Source of the DNA: Candidatus Coprosoma sp. | GTDB taxonomy: Bacteria > Bacillota_I > Bacilli_A > RF39 > UBA660 | Reading direction: 5' to 3' | Assembly: GCA_963928595.1 (NCBI GenBank) | Contig: CAWVFK010000014.1 | Coordinates: 1-55,277, forward strand | Length of the DNA: 55,277 nucleotides | The notes under the pieces: model-generated | Told to the model about the DNA's origin: nothing | What the model saw: the letters and a program-made list of their open reading frames with translations, nothing else | Database searches by the model: none | Translations under genes and position numbers: made by a program | In this document: positions 25,245 to 35,435 of the stretch, piece by piece | Layout of the letters: every line of letters begins with the position of its first letter | Position numbering within the stretch: the first letter of the stretch is position 1

Positions 25245-28127
25245 TCAATTCAACTTTATTATTTTACTGGCAACTATCTGATACTGATCATATCTTTTTT
25301 CAATTTTACCAGTTATTTTTAAAATATCACCTAAATTAATTGTCGGCATTACTTGATAAACTCTTGGAAAAACGACAATATCAACTTGAGATAATTCATC
25401 ACTACCCGTAATAAACATCATCTTATCTTTATTTTTAGTATCTATTTCCTTAGTTTTATCAACGTAGACAATTGCTTCAACCATCCTATCAAAATAACTA
25501 CTAATTTCTTTTAATTCGATGGCCTTAGGATTTTGTTTTTTGTATTCAGTGATTGGATGATTACTTAAATAAAATCCAAATACCTCTAGTTCTTTTTGCA
25601 TCAATTCTTTTTTAGAAAGTTCTTTAAATTGTTCGAGTTCTGGTTTAAAAGTATCATCAGAAACATAAGATCCTATTTCACTATAATTTACAATAACATC
25701 GAGATTTTGAATTAAGGTGTTTTTGTTAAAGCCAAAGGAATCAAAAGTTCCAGCATAGATTAAGTTTTCTAAGGTTTTAGAATTAATTGGCCCACCATAG
25801 CAACGTGCGACAAAATCAAAAATATCTTTGAACTTGCCTTTTTCTCTTTCTTTTAATATGGTTCTAGCGGCATTTACACCAACATTTTTAATATTGGTTA
25901 ATGGGAAAATAATACTATTATTTATAGTTTCATAACTATCTGTACTTAAATTAATATCTGGTTTACGAATAGAAATACCATTTTTTGTGCATTCATAAAT
26001 ATATTCTTTAGTTTTTATTTCACTATTAATGGCGCTAGAAAGTAGATGTTTCATAAATAGTTTTGGATAATGAGCTTTAAGATAAGCCATACGATAAGAT
26101 ATCATGGCATAAGCGACAGAATGTGAACGGTTAAAGCCATAGTCAGCAAATTTAAAAATCATGTTATAAACTTTTATGGCTAAATCTTTATCATAACCTT
26201 TTTGAACACTACCTTTAATAAACTTATCTTTTTCTTTTAAGAGTATACTTTCGCTTTTTTTACTCATGGCTCTTCTTAGTAAATCAGCCTCAGCTAAGGT
26301 ATAACCGGCCATAACACTGGCTATTTGCATAATCTGTTCTTGATAGACAATTATTCCATAGGTTGGTTTTAAAATCGGTTTTAGATCTTCGTGGAAATAA
26401 TCGATTTTTTCTAGACCTTTTTTTCTTCTAATATATGAATCGATGTTTTTCATTGGTCCTGGGCGGAAAAGGGCCAAAGCGGAAATGATATCTTCGAAAG
26501 TCGTCGGTTTAAATTTCTGTAAGAATTTTTTCATACCTTCTGATTCAAATTGGAAAATACCAACAGTATTTACGGTAGTAAAGATATTTAGAGCTTCATA
26601 GTCATCTTCAGGAATGGTATCAAACTCTAAATCATCTATTTCTTTTAAAATGTTAGTAATTAAAGTTAGATTTTTTAGACCTAAGAAATCCATTTTCAAT
26701 AAACCTAATTCTTCTAGATGGTCTTTATCATACTCAGTTGCATAAAATTCATCATGGGTTTTATCTAAAGGAATGTAATCATCCAGTTCATATTTAGACA
26801 TGACAATTCCAGCGGCGTGCAAAGAAGTGTGCCTTTTTAAACCTTCAAATTTGGAAGCAATTTTATAAACCGGTTTAAATTCAGGGTTTATTTCTAAATA
26901 TCTTTTGACTTTTGGGTTTTGATAGTTCTGCTTTAAGGAAAGTTTAGAGTCTAAAAGTTTACTTAAATTATCGACTTTCTTTTGATCAATATCTAAGGTA
27001 CGGCAAATATCTTTGATAGCTTGTTTGGCGGCTAAGGTACCAAAGGTAACGATTAAAGCAACTCTTTTTAAACCGTACTTATGCATACAGTATTCGATAA
27101 CTTCTTCTCTTCTCGTGTCTTCAAAATCGACATCGATATCGGGCATAGTAATTCTTTCAGGATTTAAAAATCTTTCAAAAAGTAAATCATATTTTAAAGG
27201 ATCGATGGTCGTGATGTTTAGACAGTATGCAACTAAAGACCCGGCCGCACTTCCCCTACCCGGTCCGACTAAAATTCCATGGGTTTTAGCAAATTTGATG
27301 TAATCGGCAACAATTAAAAAATAATCGCAGAAACCCATTTTATTTATAATTTCTAATTCGTGTTTTAATCTAACTGCATATTTTCTTGGAGCAGATAATC
27401 CAAAAATATTTTTCATGCCTTCAATGCAAGCTTTTTTTAGCTCTTCATAGGCATCTTTATTTTTATCAAATACTGGAAGTAAATCTTGATGAGTTTTAAT
27501 TTGAACATCACATAAACTTACTAAAAGTTCATTGTTTTTAGAAGGTTTTTCTAAAGGCAAAAGACTAACATTAGTAAATTGGTCATCTATTTCATTAACT
27601 TTTTTACCATCTTTAATAGCTTTAAGATATTTCAAATAGTTTTCATCTTCTTTATTGATACATAAAATTTCATTCATGTATAGAATGTTGGTGGCTTTAA
27701 TTTTAGATTTTTGTTCATTATTTTTATAAGTAACAAAAATATATTTATATAATTTTTTTAGTTCATTATATATGTTTCGGCTTTCATAAGGAACTAAACA
27801 AATTAAATTAGATGAATATTTTGATAGATCATCAATGGTTAGTTTTTTTTCTGATTTAAGTGTTGTTAGTTTCATAAGATTTTTATAACCACCATAATTT
27901 GTTGCATAAAAAATTATTTTTTCTGGTAAGGATATTTCTAAACCAATAATTGGTTTGATACCATTTTTTGTACAAGCGTTATAAAACTCTATTACACCAT
28001 ACATGTTATCGTCCGTAATAGTTAAAGCTTGGATGTTGTTTTCTTTAGCCACTTTAATCAGTTCATTGATATTAATCATGCTTTTCAAAAGTGAATTACA
28101 TGTTTTTATGTTAAGTGGTGCATACAT
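25245..28127 (-). CDS. dnaE: DNA polymerase III alpha subunit (DnaE type)
   Basis: PHP domain, GPGRGSAAGSLVAY, MPDIDVDF, LGLLKMDFLGL, C-terminal OB fold. Confidence 0.95.
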   Translation of the reverse strand: MYAPLNIKTCNSLLKSMININELIKVAKENNIQALTITDDNMYGVIEFYNACTKNGIKPIIGLEISLPEKIIFYATNYGGYKNLMKLTTLKSEKKLTIDDLSKYSSNLICLVPYESRNIYNELKKLYKYIFVTYKNNEQKSKIKATNILYMNEILCINKEDENYLKYLKAIKDGKKVNEIDDQFTNVSLLPLEKPSKNNELLVSLCDVQIKTHQDLLPVFDKNKDAYEELKKACIEGMKNIFGLSAPRKYAVRLKHELEIINKMGFCDYFLIVADYIKFAKTHGILVGPGRGSAAGSLVAYCLNITTIDPLKYDLLFERFLNPERITMPDIDVDFEDTRREEVIEYCMHKYGLKRVALIVTFGTLAAKQAIKDICRTLDIDQKKVDNLSKLLDSKLSLKQNYQNPKVKRYLEINPEFKPVYKIASKFEGLKRHTSLHAAGIVMSKYELDDYIPLDKTHDEFYATEYDKDHLEELGLLKMDFLGLKNLTLITNILKEIDDLEFDTIPEDDYEALNIFTTVNTVGIFQFESEGMKKFLQKFKPTTFEDIISALALFRPGPMKNIDSYIRRKKGLEKIDYFHEDLKPILKPTYGIIVYQEQIMQIASVMAGYTLAEADLLRRAMSKKSESILLKEKDKFIKGSVQKGYDKDLAIKVYNMIFKFADYGFNRSHSVAYAMISYRMAYLKAHYPKLFMKHLLSSAINSEIKTKEYIYECTKNGISIRKPDINLSTDSYETINNSIIFPLTNIKNVGVNAARTILKEREKGKFKDIFDFVARCYGGPINSKTLENLIYAGTFDSFGFNKNTLIQNLDVIVNYSEIGSYVSDDTFKPELEQFKELSKKELMQKELEVFGFYLSNHPITEYKKQNPKAIELKEISSYFDRMVEAIVYVDKTKEIDTKNKDKMMFITGSDELSQVDIVVFPRVYQVMPTINLGDILKITGKIEKRYDQYQIVASKIIKLN

Positions 28128-28265
28128 AATATCCCTCCCCTTTTTATTTTACTATATTTTTTATGATTATTACAAAAATTAATTACAAAATTAATATATT
28201 TATGTGTTGGACCTTTATTTTATTTACAATACACATGATAAACTGTTATAATTAATTTATAAAGT

Positions 28266-29696
28266 GTGAAAGGAATGTTATCAATGAATCAAGATTTAAT
28301 ACAAGTTTTTTCAGCAAATTATATTTTGGAGAATTTAGGAATTGCTCTTATTTATAGACCTAAACGTGGAGTTATTAAAGATGGGCAAGGGATTAGAGAT
28401 TATTATGAGGTTGAATGCGCAGATATTGGTTTTAGAACTGAAGATTATACATTTGTATCTTTAATGGAGCATGTTGGTGAAGAGTTAGATTTCCAAAATA
28501 ATTTTGATGGTAAAAGATTTGTAATGGATTTTAAATATATTGAGGAGCTGTGTGAAGAATATGACAATTATAAACCTGAAGAATTTTTAAAAAGATTTGA
28601 AAAAAAAGTTGGAAAATGTTATCTATGGAATTTTAAAGACAAGGCGTTTAAAGAAATAAAGAATAAGGCATTTTTAAAAAGCAAAAATAAAATGAAAAAA
28701 ACAGAAAATGATGTAAATATTGTAAAAATGTATGACCAAGTTAAAGAAACGATAATTGCTCAAGATGAACAAATTAAACAAATTCTCGCATCAGTTTATA
28801 AAAATCAGAAAATTATTAATTCTTCGTTAGATGATAGAACAATAGCAAAATTAAAAGAAAATATAATTGTATATGGACCAACAGGTACTGGAAAAACAGA
28901 AATATTAACGCAAATTGCGAAACTTTGTAATGTACCAATTGTTATTGAAGATGCGACTTCTTTTTCAGAAACAGGATATGTTGGAAGAGATGTATCAGAG
29001 ATGTTGAATGATTTATATTCAATGGCCGGTAATGATATTCATTTAGCTGAAAAAGGTATTTTAGTTATCGATGAGTTTGATAAGCTTGGTGAAAGCGGTG
29101 CTGAAGGGGCGCTAGAAGGACCTTCTAGAAATGGAGTTCAAAGGTCACTTTTAAAATTACTTGATGGTGGTACACTAACTTTTAGAGAAGATGATTATGA
29201 TGGTGATTTGATTGAGTTTAATACATCTAGATTAACTGTTGTCGCTTTAGGAGCTTTTAGCGGAATAAAAAAGAATGATGATTATTCAGATGTTTCAACA
29301 AAAGATTTTATTGATCAAGGAATTATGCGTGAAGTAATGGGAAGATTTTCTAAACTAGTTCCAATGAATAATTTTTCCAAGGAGGATTATAAAAGAATTT
29401 TATTAGAATCTAAATTAAGTCCAATTATCACTTATCAAAAATTATTTAAAGAAATGGGAATTAAGTTTTCTTACAATGCTGAATTAATAGATTACCTTGT
29501 GGAAGAAGCAGAAGCCTTGGATTGTGGGGCTAGAAGTTTAAAAACAGTTTTTGATGTGATTATAAGTGATGAGTTATTTGATGTATTTTCCGGGGATAAA
29601 AAAGAAATACATTTAAAAGCTCCAAAAGATCAAAGTAAATCGTATGTAGCAAAGAAAAGAGCTGCCGAAAATAGAAAAAGGGTTGGATTTCATTAA
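28266..29696 (+). CDS. Atypical ClpX-like AAA+ ATPase with a novel N-terminal domain
   Basis: GPTGTGKT, GYVG pore loop, IDEFDK, GARSL; no zinc-binding domain, RKH loop or IGF loop; start could be ATG 28284. Confidence 0.8.
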   Translation: MKGMLSMNQDLIQVFSANYILENLGIALIYRPKRGVIKDGQGIRDYYEVECADIGFRTEDYTFVSLMEHVGEELDFQNNFDGKRFVMDFKYIEELCEEYDNYKPEEFLKRFEKKVGKCYLWNFKDKAFKEIKNKAFLKSKNKMKKTENDVNIVKMYDQVKETIIAQDEQIKQILASVYKNQKIINSSLDDRTIAKLKENIIVYGPTGTGKTEILTQIAKLCNVPIVIEDATSFSETGYVGRDVSEMLNDLYSMAGNDIHLAEKGILVIDEFDKLGESGAEGALEGPSRNGVQRSLLKLLDGGTLTFREDDYDGDLIEFNTSRLTVVALGAFSGIKKNDDYSDVSTKDFIDQGIMREVMGRFSKLVPMNNFSKEDYKRILLESKLSPIITYQKLFKEMGIKFSYNAELIDYLVEEAEALDCGARSLKTVFDVIISDELFDVFSGDKKEIHLKAPKDQSKSYVAKKRAAENRKRVGFH

Positions 29697-29796
29697 TATT
29701 ACTGATTTTTCATATAATTTGTTTATAAGCATTTGACTTATTATTGATATTGTGATAAAGTTATATAGCGAAGAAAAAACTTAAGGAGGGATAATC

Positions 29797-29970
29797 ATGG
29801 CAAAAAAAATAACAGATACGAAACCTTTATTCGGTAATCGTCGTTCACACGCTTTAAATGCGACTAGACACGCCTTTAAACCAAATTTACAAACAGTAAC
29901 TATTAATGGTAAAAAATATAGAGTAACTGCTCGTGAGTTAAAAACTATTAAGAAAATGTTAGCTGCATAA
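29797..29970 (+). CDS. rpmB: 50S ribosomal protein L28 (not in the ORF track)
   Basis: [32 protein letters not shown]...VTARELKT; RBS AAGGAGG; hairpin AAGTCCAT-gatt-ATGGACTT after the stop. Confidence 0.92.
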   Translation: MAKKITDTKPLFGNRRSHALNATRHAFKPNLQTVTINGKKYRVTARELKTIKKMLAA

Positions 29971-30028
29971 GTCCATGATTATGGACTTTTTTCATATTAA
30001 AAGAAAGCTTCGAGAGAAAAAGCTTTCT

Positions 30029-31288
30029 TTATTTTATTATAAAGGATATCCCAGTACGTTCGTTTTTGGCAGTTACTTCATACCCTAGTAGGGATAGGGT
30101 TTGTTTAACTATTGATAATCCTAAACCGAACTGACCATTGATACCTTTCTTGTAAGGAGTAAACATGTCGTCTAAAATGTTTTTATCGATATTTGGTCCA
30201 TCATTATAGAAAGTAATACGTCTATTCTTAACAGTTATTTTTACTTCCTTTTTGGCATATCTTATAAAATTACTTAAAATATTATCAATAATGGCTTCCC
30301 ACATTTCTGTAGTGCCTTTAAAATCCGTCTTCTTATCTAAAATATCGATTAGCCATTTAATATCTGGCCTAGTCACTTTAAACTTAGATACGGAGTTTTC
30401 AAGTAGATCGACAATATTAGTTTCTCCACTTTTATAATTTTCCATATCTTTAAAATACGTTAATTTATTCAAATATAGTAAGGAGTGTACTTTAATTTCT
30501 AATTTTTTAATTTCTTGTTTTATTATTTTTAGTCCATCTTTTTCATCTTCAACGCCATCTTCAATGGCTTCAATATATGATTTTATAACGGTGAGAGGGG
30601 TTTTAAAATCATGAGAAATATTTTGATACATTTGGTTTTTGTATTCTTCTTGTTTATGTAGGGTAAGTTTCATTTCATCGATGGCATTTGATAGGACTTT
30701 TAATTCATCATCTACTTTATAATTATATTTGTCGACGTAGTTATCATTATCTAAATTATCTACTTTTTCTTTTAGATGACGAATTTTTTGGGCGAGGGAC
30801 TGACTCCACCAAGCTACTATAGCAAGCATGAGTAGCAAAGTGATCAAGAGAACTGGGAATAGAGCTTCTAAGATGTCAGCCCGCATTTGACGAATATAGT
30901 TATCACTAGTTAGTGCGATTTTATAACCAAAGTCGTCATTAAGTGTATTATAGTAGTAAGTTTTATTCTGGTAAGTGAATTTACCATATTCCCCGTTTAT
31001 GTTTTCTAAAATTTGATTAGCTGGAAGATCTATTACTTCACCTAAGTTACTAGAAACTGTAATAACATCATCTTTTTCATAAATATAAGCTACACTACTA
31101 TCTATTTCAGTGGCAATCGAGTCATCACTTATGATATCTAGTGGAGTTTGCAAGTAAAGATATATGTTCTTTTCATAAAAAGGTATTAAGACTTTTGGAA
31201 GTATAATTGCAAAACTTATATATATGAGGGCAAACATGATCAAGACTATCGTTAAGATTTGACGGTATAAATTATGTCTGAGATTCAT
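30029..31288 (-). CDS. Two-component sensor histidine kinase (HAMP-HisKA-HATPase)
   Basis: Two TM helices, ISHDFKTPLT H-box, GLGLSIV G2 box; overlaps the regulator stop. Confidence 0.92.
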   Translation of the reverse strand: MNLRHNLYRQILTIVLIMFALIYISFAIILPKVLIPFYEKNIYLYLQTPLDIISDDSIATEIDSSVAYIYEKDDVITVSSNLGEVIDLPANQILENINGEYGKFTYQNKTYYYNTLNDDFGYKIALTSDNYIRQMRADILEALFPVLLITLLLMLAIVAWWSQSLAQKIRHLKEKVDNLDNDNYVDKYNYKVDDELKVLSNAIDEMKLTLHKQEEYKNQMYQNISHDFKTPLTVIKSYIEAIEDGVEDEKDGLKIIKQEIKKLEIKVHSLLYLNKLTYFKDMENYKSGETNIVDLLENSVSKFKVTRPDIKWLIDILDKKTDFKGTTEMWEAIIDNILSNFIRYAKKEVKITVKNRRITFYNDGPNIDKNILDDMFTPYKKGINGQFGLGLSIVKQTLSLLGYEVTAKNERTGISFIIK

Positions 31289-31938
31289 GATAATCTATAC
31301 CCGTATCCATAAATGGTATTTAATCTTAGTTTAGGCATTTTCTTTCTTAGTCTTCTGACTAAGTCGTCCACTACCCTATCACTACCAAAATAGTTTTCAC
31401 CCCAAACAGTCTCTAATATATGACTTCTTGAGAATGATTTATTTTTATTTTGAACTAGCATTAATAGTAAGTCGAATTCCAAAGTAGTGAGAGAAAGTTC
31501 CTTAGATTCGTCTTTGACTAGTCTTTTATCAACATCAATTTCATAAGTATCATACATTATCTTTTGGGTTTGTCCCATATAAGTTCTTTTTATAATATTG
31601 TTAACTCTTAACACCAACTCTTTTGGTGAATATGGCTTAGTTACGTAATCATCACTTCCTAACTCTAAGCCTATAATTTTATCTAAGTCTTGATCTCTAG
31701 CAGATGTAAATATTACTGGAACGTCTTCTCTTTCTCTTATTTTTTTTATAATGTCATAACCACTTACTTCGTCGCCTAACATTATGTCTAATATCCATAA
31801 ATCGGTTTTATCACCTACGTGATTTAAAGCATCGGTTCCATTATAATACTGAACTACTTCATAACCTGCTCTTTCTAAATAAGACTTAATAAGATCGTTT
31901 AAATTTTTTTCATCTTCAACTAAACAAATTTTATACAT
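31285..31938 (-). CDS. OmpR/PhoB-family response regulator
   Basis: LVEDE, ILDIMLG, DYVTKPY, winged helix RVVDDLVRRLRKK...YGYGY. Confidence 0.95.
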   Translation of the reverse strand: MYKICLVEDEKNLNDLIKSYLERAGYEVVQYYNGTDALNHVGDKTDLWILDIMLGDEVSGYDIIKKIREREDVPVIFTSARDQDLDKIIGLELGSDDYVTKPYSPKELVLRVNNIIKRTYMGQTQKIMYDTYEIDVDKRLVKDESKELSLTTLEFDLLLMLVQNKNKSFSRSHILETVWGENYFGSDRVVDDLVRRLRKKMPKLRLNTIYGYGYRLS

Positions 31939-32157
31939 TATTATCGCCTCATTTATAGTATAACACTATTTTTTAATATCATCTATCACAACCTTTCTAA
32001 GAGCTATCTTCGCTCTGTAATAATCATACTAAATTATTATGGTGGAATTTTGATAAAAATGTGGTAAATTATGGGAAAAAATTTTATATAATTATGCATA
32101 TTAAAAACTGGCACATCTGAACTGAACCCCAAAAGTTGGACAGTTTATAAATAGTTT

Positions 32158-32900
32158 TTAATTAGAGGATTGTAACCTGTAATCTACAGGAGACAGTCCT
32201 TTTAGTTTTACTTTAATTCTATCATAATTGTAATAATATATATACTCATCAATCGCTTTTATTAAATCATTTAATGTTTCATATTTATCTTCTTGGTCAT
32301 AAAACATTTCTGTTTTTAGTATTCCGAAAAAATTTCCCATAAGACCATTATCCATGCTATTACCTTTCCTAGACATACTTTGTTTAATACCTTTATTTTT
32401 TTAATCTTTGTTGATAAGATTGGTGTTGATATTGCCATCCTTGATCAGAATGAAATATCAAACCAACTAATTCTTTATTATCAAAGGCTTTATTAAGCAT
32501 ATCATTTATTTGTTCTAAATTTGGTGATTTAGAAACATTATAAGATATTACTCCCTGATTAAAACCATCTAATATAGGTGAAAGATACACTTTATCTTCT
32601 CTTAAATTAAATTCTGTTACATCAGTATACCATTTTTTATTTGGCCTGTCAGCTTCAAAGTCTCTATTTATTAGATTGTTAGCTATTTTACCAACAGTTC
32701 CTTTATAAGATGAATATTTTCTTTTATTTCTTTTTAATGGTTTTAATCCTAATTTAATCATTAGGCAATAAACCTTTTTGTGATTTACTAAATATCCTTG
32801 GTTTCTTAATTCTAAAGTAATTCGATGATATCCATATCTTTCTTTATGATAGAAGAATCTTTAATGGATATATTAGCCGTAGTTCATTAACAACCGTTAC
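32158..32900 (-). pseudogene. IS3-family transposase OrfB (DDE), internally deleted and frameshifted
   Basis: KWYTDVTEF, FHSDQGWQY and MSRKGNSMDN DDE motifs are split by an extra A in the run at 32396-32402; the segment between LKILL and HKERYGY is missing. Confidence 0.85.
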
Positions 32901-33403
32901 TTTTTCTTCGGTTGTTGATTCTTCCTTGCTTGAACAACGGCTCTCAATTTTTTTGAGTATTCAAGTTCAGCTTTTAAATACAAATTTTCTTCTTCTAATC
33001 TTTTTATTTTCTCATCTTTTGTTTCGTTTTTCTTTTTCCTTGTTACTTTTGGCATAGTTGACCGACCTCGCTTTCGTTCAACTATATTATAACCGTTTTC
33101 TTTATAATTTTTAATCCACTTTCGCAACGTTCCATCACTTAATATTCCTTCTTCTAAAGCTACTGTCCATATAGGCTCTCTATCTATTAAAACTCTATTA
33201 ATAATTGCTTCTTTTTTATATTTTGGATAAACATTATTTTTATTCTTTCTCAATATATCTATGCCGTGTATATCTATTAAGCTTGTCATATATTGAATTA
33301 CATTTTTTCTAACATTATATTTTTTAGAAAGTACAAAAATAGATGTCCCGTGCTTTTTTTCATTATAAATATCTATTCTTTGTTCATAACTTAATTTTGA
33401 CAT
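32897..33403 (-). CDS. IS3-family transposase OrfA (HTH)
   Basis: HTH repeats, GTLRKWIKNYKENG, RLEEENLYLKAELEYSKKL; ends at an AAAAAG slippage-like site. Confidence 0.85.
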   Translation of the reverse strand: MSKLSYEQRIDIYNEKKHGTSIFVLSKKYNVRKNVIQYMTSLIDIHGIDILRKNKNNVYPKYKKEAIINRVLIDREPIWTVALEEGILSDGTLRKWIKNYKENGYNIVERKRGRSTMPKVTRKKKNETKDEKIKRLEEENLYLKAELEYSKKLRAVVQARKNQQPKKK

Positions 33404-33462
33404 ATAAAAACCTCGTTTCTACTTTGTCCAAGAAACGGGGTTCATATCAAAAAAACTAGGTT

Positions 33463-34434
33463 TTATATTTGAGAAAATTCATCAATGATTTTTAAGAATT
33501 CATCTTTGGTTTTAGTTTGAAATAATTTTATTTTATAAGGAGCGGCACCAGGAATACCTTTTAAATAATAACTAGCTTCTGTTCGCATTTCAAGAAGAGC
33601 AACTTTTTCAGGTTTTATTTCAAGTAAATAATTTAAATGCTTTTTAATCATATTTATTTTATCTTCTTTAGTCGGTTCTGGTAAAAGTTCACCTGTTTCT
33701 AAATAATGCACAGTATTTTTAATGAGCCAAGGATTACCTAAAGCACCTCTAGCAATCATAATAGCATCACAGCCTGTTTCATCTAACATTCTTTTGGCAT
33801 CTATAGGAGATTTAATATCACCATTACCAATTACAGGAATATTTACATTTTCTTTAACTTCTTTAATGATATTCCAATCGGCATTTCCACTATAACCTTG
33901 AGCTCTCGTCCTTCCATGAACGGTAATAGCACTAGCTCCAGCTTTTTCACAGATTTTAGCTATTTCTACAGCATTTATATGATTACTATCCCAACCACTT
34001 CTTATTTTAACGGTTACGGGAACGTTTACAGTATCAACGACAGCTTTAACTATATCATATACTTTATCTGGATCTTTTAGTAAAGCACTACCAGCTTGGG
34101 CGGAAACAGCAACTTTAGGGACTGGGCATCCCATATTGATATCGATAATATCTGGATGCATATTTTCTTCAATATATTTAGCAGCTTTAGTAAAAGAGGC
34201 TTTATCACTACCAAAGATTTGCTGAGAAAGAGGTCTTTCGAAGTCAGTCATATAAAGCATATCTAATGTTTTTTGACTACCATAGCAAATAGCTTTATCA
34301 CTAACCATTTCAGCAACGATCAAACCACAGCCCATTTCTTTAGCAATTCTTCTAAAAGCGCTATTACTAATACCAGCCATAGGGGCTAAAACAACCTGAT
34401 TTTTTATTTCAATATTTCCTATTTTCCACTTCAT
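33463..34434 (-). CDS. dusB: tRNA-dihydrouridine synthase DusB
   Basis: LAPMAG, DINMGCPVPKV, TVKIRSGWD, VHGRT, GNGDI. Confidence 0.93.
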   Translation of the reverse strand: MKWKIGNIEIKNQVVLAPMAGISNSAFRRIAKEMGCGLIVAEMVSDKAICYGSQKTLDMLYMTDFERPLSQQIFGSDKASFTKAAKYIEENMHPDIIDINMGCPVPKVAVSAQAGSALLKDPDKVYDIVKAVVDTVNVPVTVKIRSGWDSNHINAVEIAKICEKAGASAITVHGRTRAQGYSGNADWNIIKEVKENVNIPVIGNGDIKSPIDAKRMLDETGCDAIMIARGALGNPWLIKNTVHYLETGELLPEPTKEDKINMIKKHLNYLLEIKPEKVALLEMRTEASYYLKGIPGAAPYKIKLFQTKTKDEFLKIIDEFSQI

Positions 34435-34515
34435 GTTATCACCGTTTTTCTTAAATGATTATATACTAATTTATCTTAATAAGCAAGCAAAAAAACATAC
34501 TTAATATTAGTATGT

Positions 34516-34998
34516 TTAACAAGGATTATTAGTTAATTTACATTCACTTTCTGATTTGTCTGTAAAGGTAACTGTTTTATCACCCGGGTTTTTAATAGCA
34601 CATTTTCTAGATTGTCTATCATAAAGAGCTAAAGTAACTTCTCCATTACTATCAATAAAGATATTACCACTATCAGGATTTTGACCAGTGTATTCTAATA
34701 ATCTTTCAGAAGAAGTTTGACAAGCATTACTAGCATTGTTTTTGTATTTATTAGTTTCTTTACCATTATTGAAGGTTACTAAGAGTGGTAATTTAGTCTC
34801 GCTTTCTAAGGTTAATGAAGTATAATAATTATCAGCAGCTTTAGATAAGGTCATGGCATCATCTTCAAAGGCATTCTCTGAAGCATTTTGAAAAACACCA
34901 GTGACGATTGGTATAGTAATGGCTGCTAAAATTCCCAAAATAGTAATAACGGCCAAAAGTTCAACTAAAGTAAAACCATTTCTTTTCATTTTTAACAT
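34516..34998 (-). CDS. Type IV pilin-like protein
   Basis: RNG|FTLVELLAVI class III signal; four Cys in the globular domain; overlaps the upstream pilin by 7 nt. Confidence 0.85.
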   Translation of the reverse strand: MLKMKRNGFTLVELLAVITILGILAAITIPIVTGVFQNASENAFEDDAMTLSKAADNYYTSLTLESETKLPLLVTFNNGKETNKYKNNASNACQTSSERLLEYTGQNPDSGNIFIDSNGEVTLALYDRQSRKCAIKNPGDKTVTFTDKSESECKLTNNPC

Positions 34999-35396
34999 CC
35001 TCCATCGACCTCAACATATTCGAATAAATACTTTTTAGAATCACTAGTTACTTTGACATAATCATTTAACATTTCACAATTTTTAGTTGAATCTATAGTT
35101 GTATCGCTAATATACCCTTCATCAACTAATTTCTGAACAGTAAGGTTTCCTGTACTACCATAAGATCTAACTGATGATGAGGTTGATAAAGCTTTAGGAA
35201 ATGAATCCATATTATCGTTTACATAACTTCTAGCTCCTGCTATAGCAAAGTTTTTTAAAGCTTCGTCAGTTTCATCTTGAGAATTATTAAGTAGTCCTAA
35301 AATAGCCGGGAAAGCAACTAAAGCAATAATGGCTAAAATAACGATTGTTCCTAATAGTTCTGTTAAAGTAAATCCTTTATTTTTCATTATCTTCAC
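34992..35396 (-). CDS. Type IV pilin-like protein (ComGC-like)
   Basis: NKG|FTLTELLGTI; VQKLVDEGYI; two Cys, one C-terminal. Confidence 0.85.
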   Translation of the reverse strand: MKIMKNKGFTLTELLGTIVILAIIALVAFPAILGLLNNSQDETDEALKNFAIAGARSYVNDNMDSFPKALSTSSSVRSYGSTGNLTVQKLVDEGYISDTTIDSTKNCEMLNDYVKVTSDSKKYLFEYVEVDGGC

Positions 35397-35435
35397 CTAC
35401 TCTAGAACAATTATATCACAAATAAGAAAAAAAGA

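Larger units (their letters stand above)
32118..33449 (-). mobile_element. Decayed IS3-family (IS150-like) insertion sequence, 1332 bp
   Basis: Imperfect terminal inverted repeats TGAACTGAACCCCAAAAGTTGGACA and TGATATGAACCCCGTTTCTTGGACA (18/25); orfA followed by a broken orfB; no target duplication visible. Confidence 0.9.

Noticed and set aside
28266-29696. Calling this gene canonical clpX or hslU
   Set aside because: It lacks the zinc-binding domain, RKH and IGF loops and the HslU I-domain, so no gene symbol was given
32045-32075. Imperfect direct repeats (TTTACCACA / TTCCACCA, 21 nt apart) upstream of the response regulator as an autoregulatory site
   Set aside because: Too degenerate to distinguish from chance in AT-rich DNA without orthologous comparison
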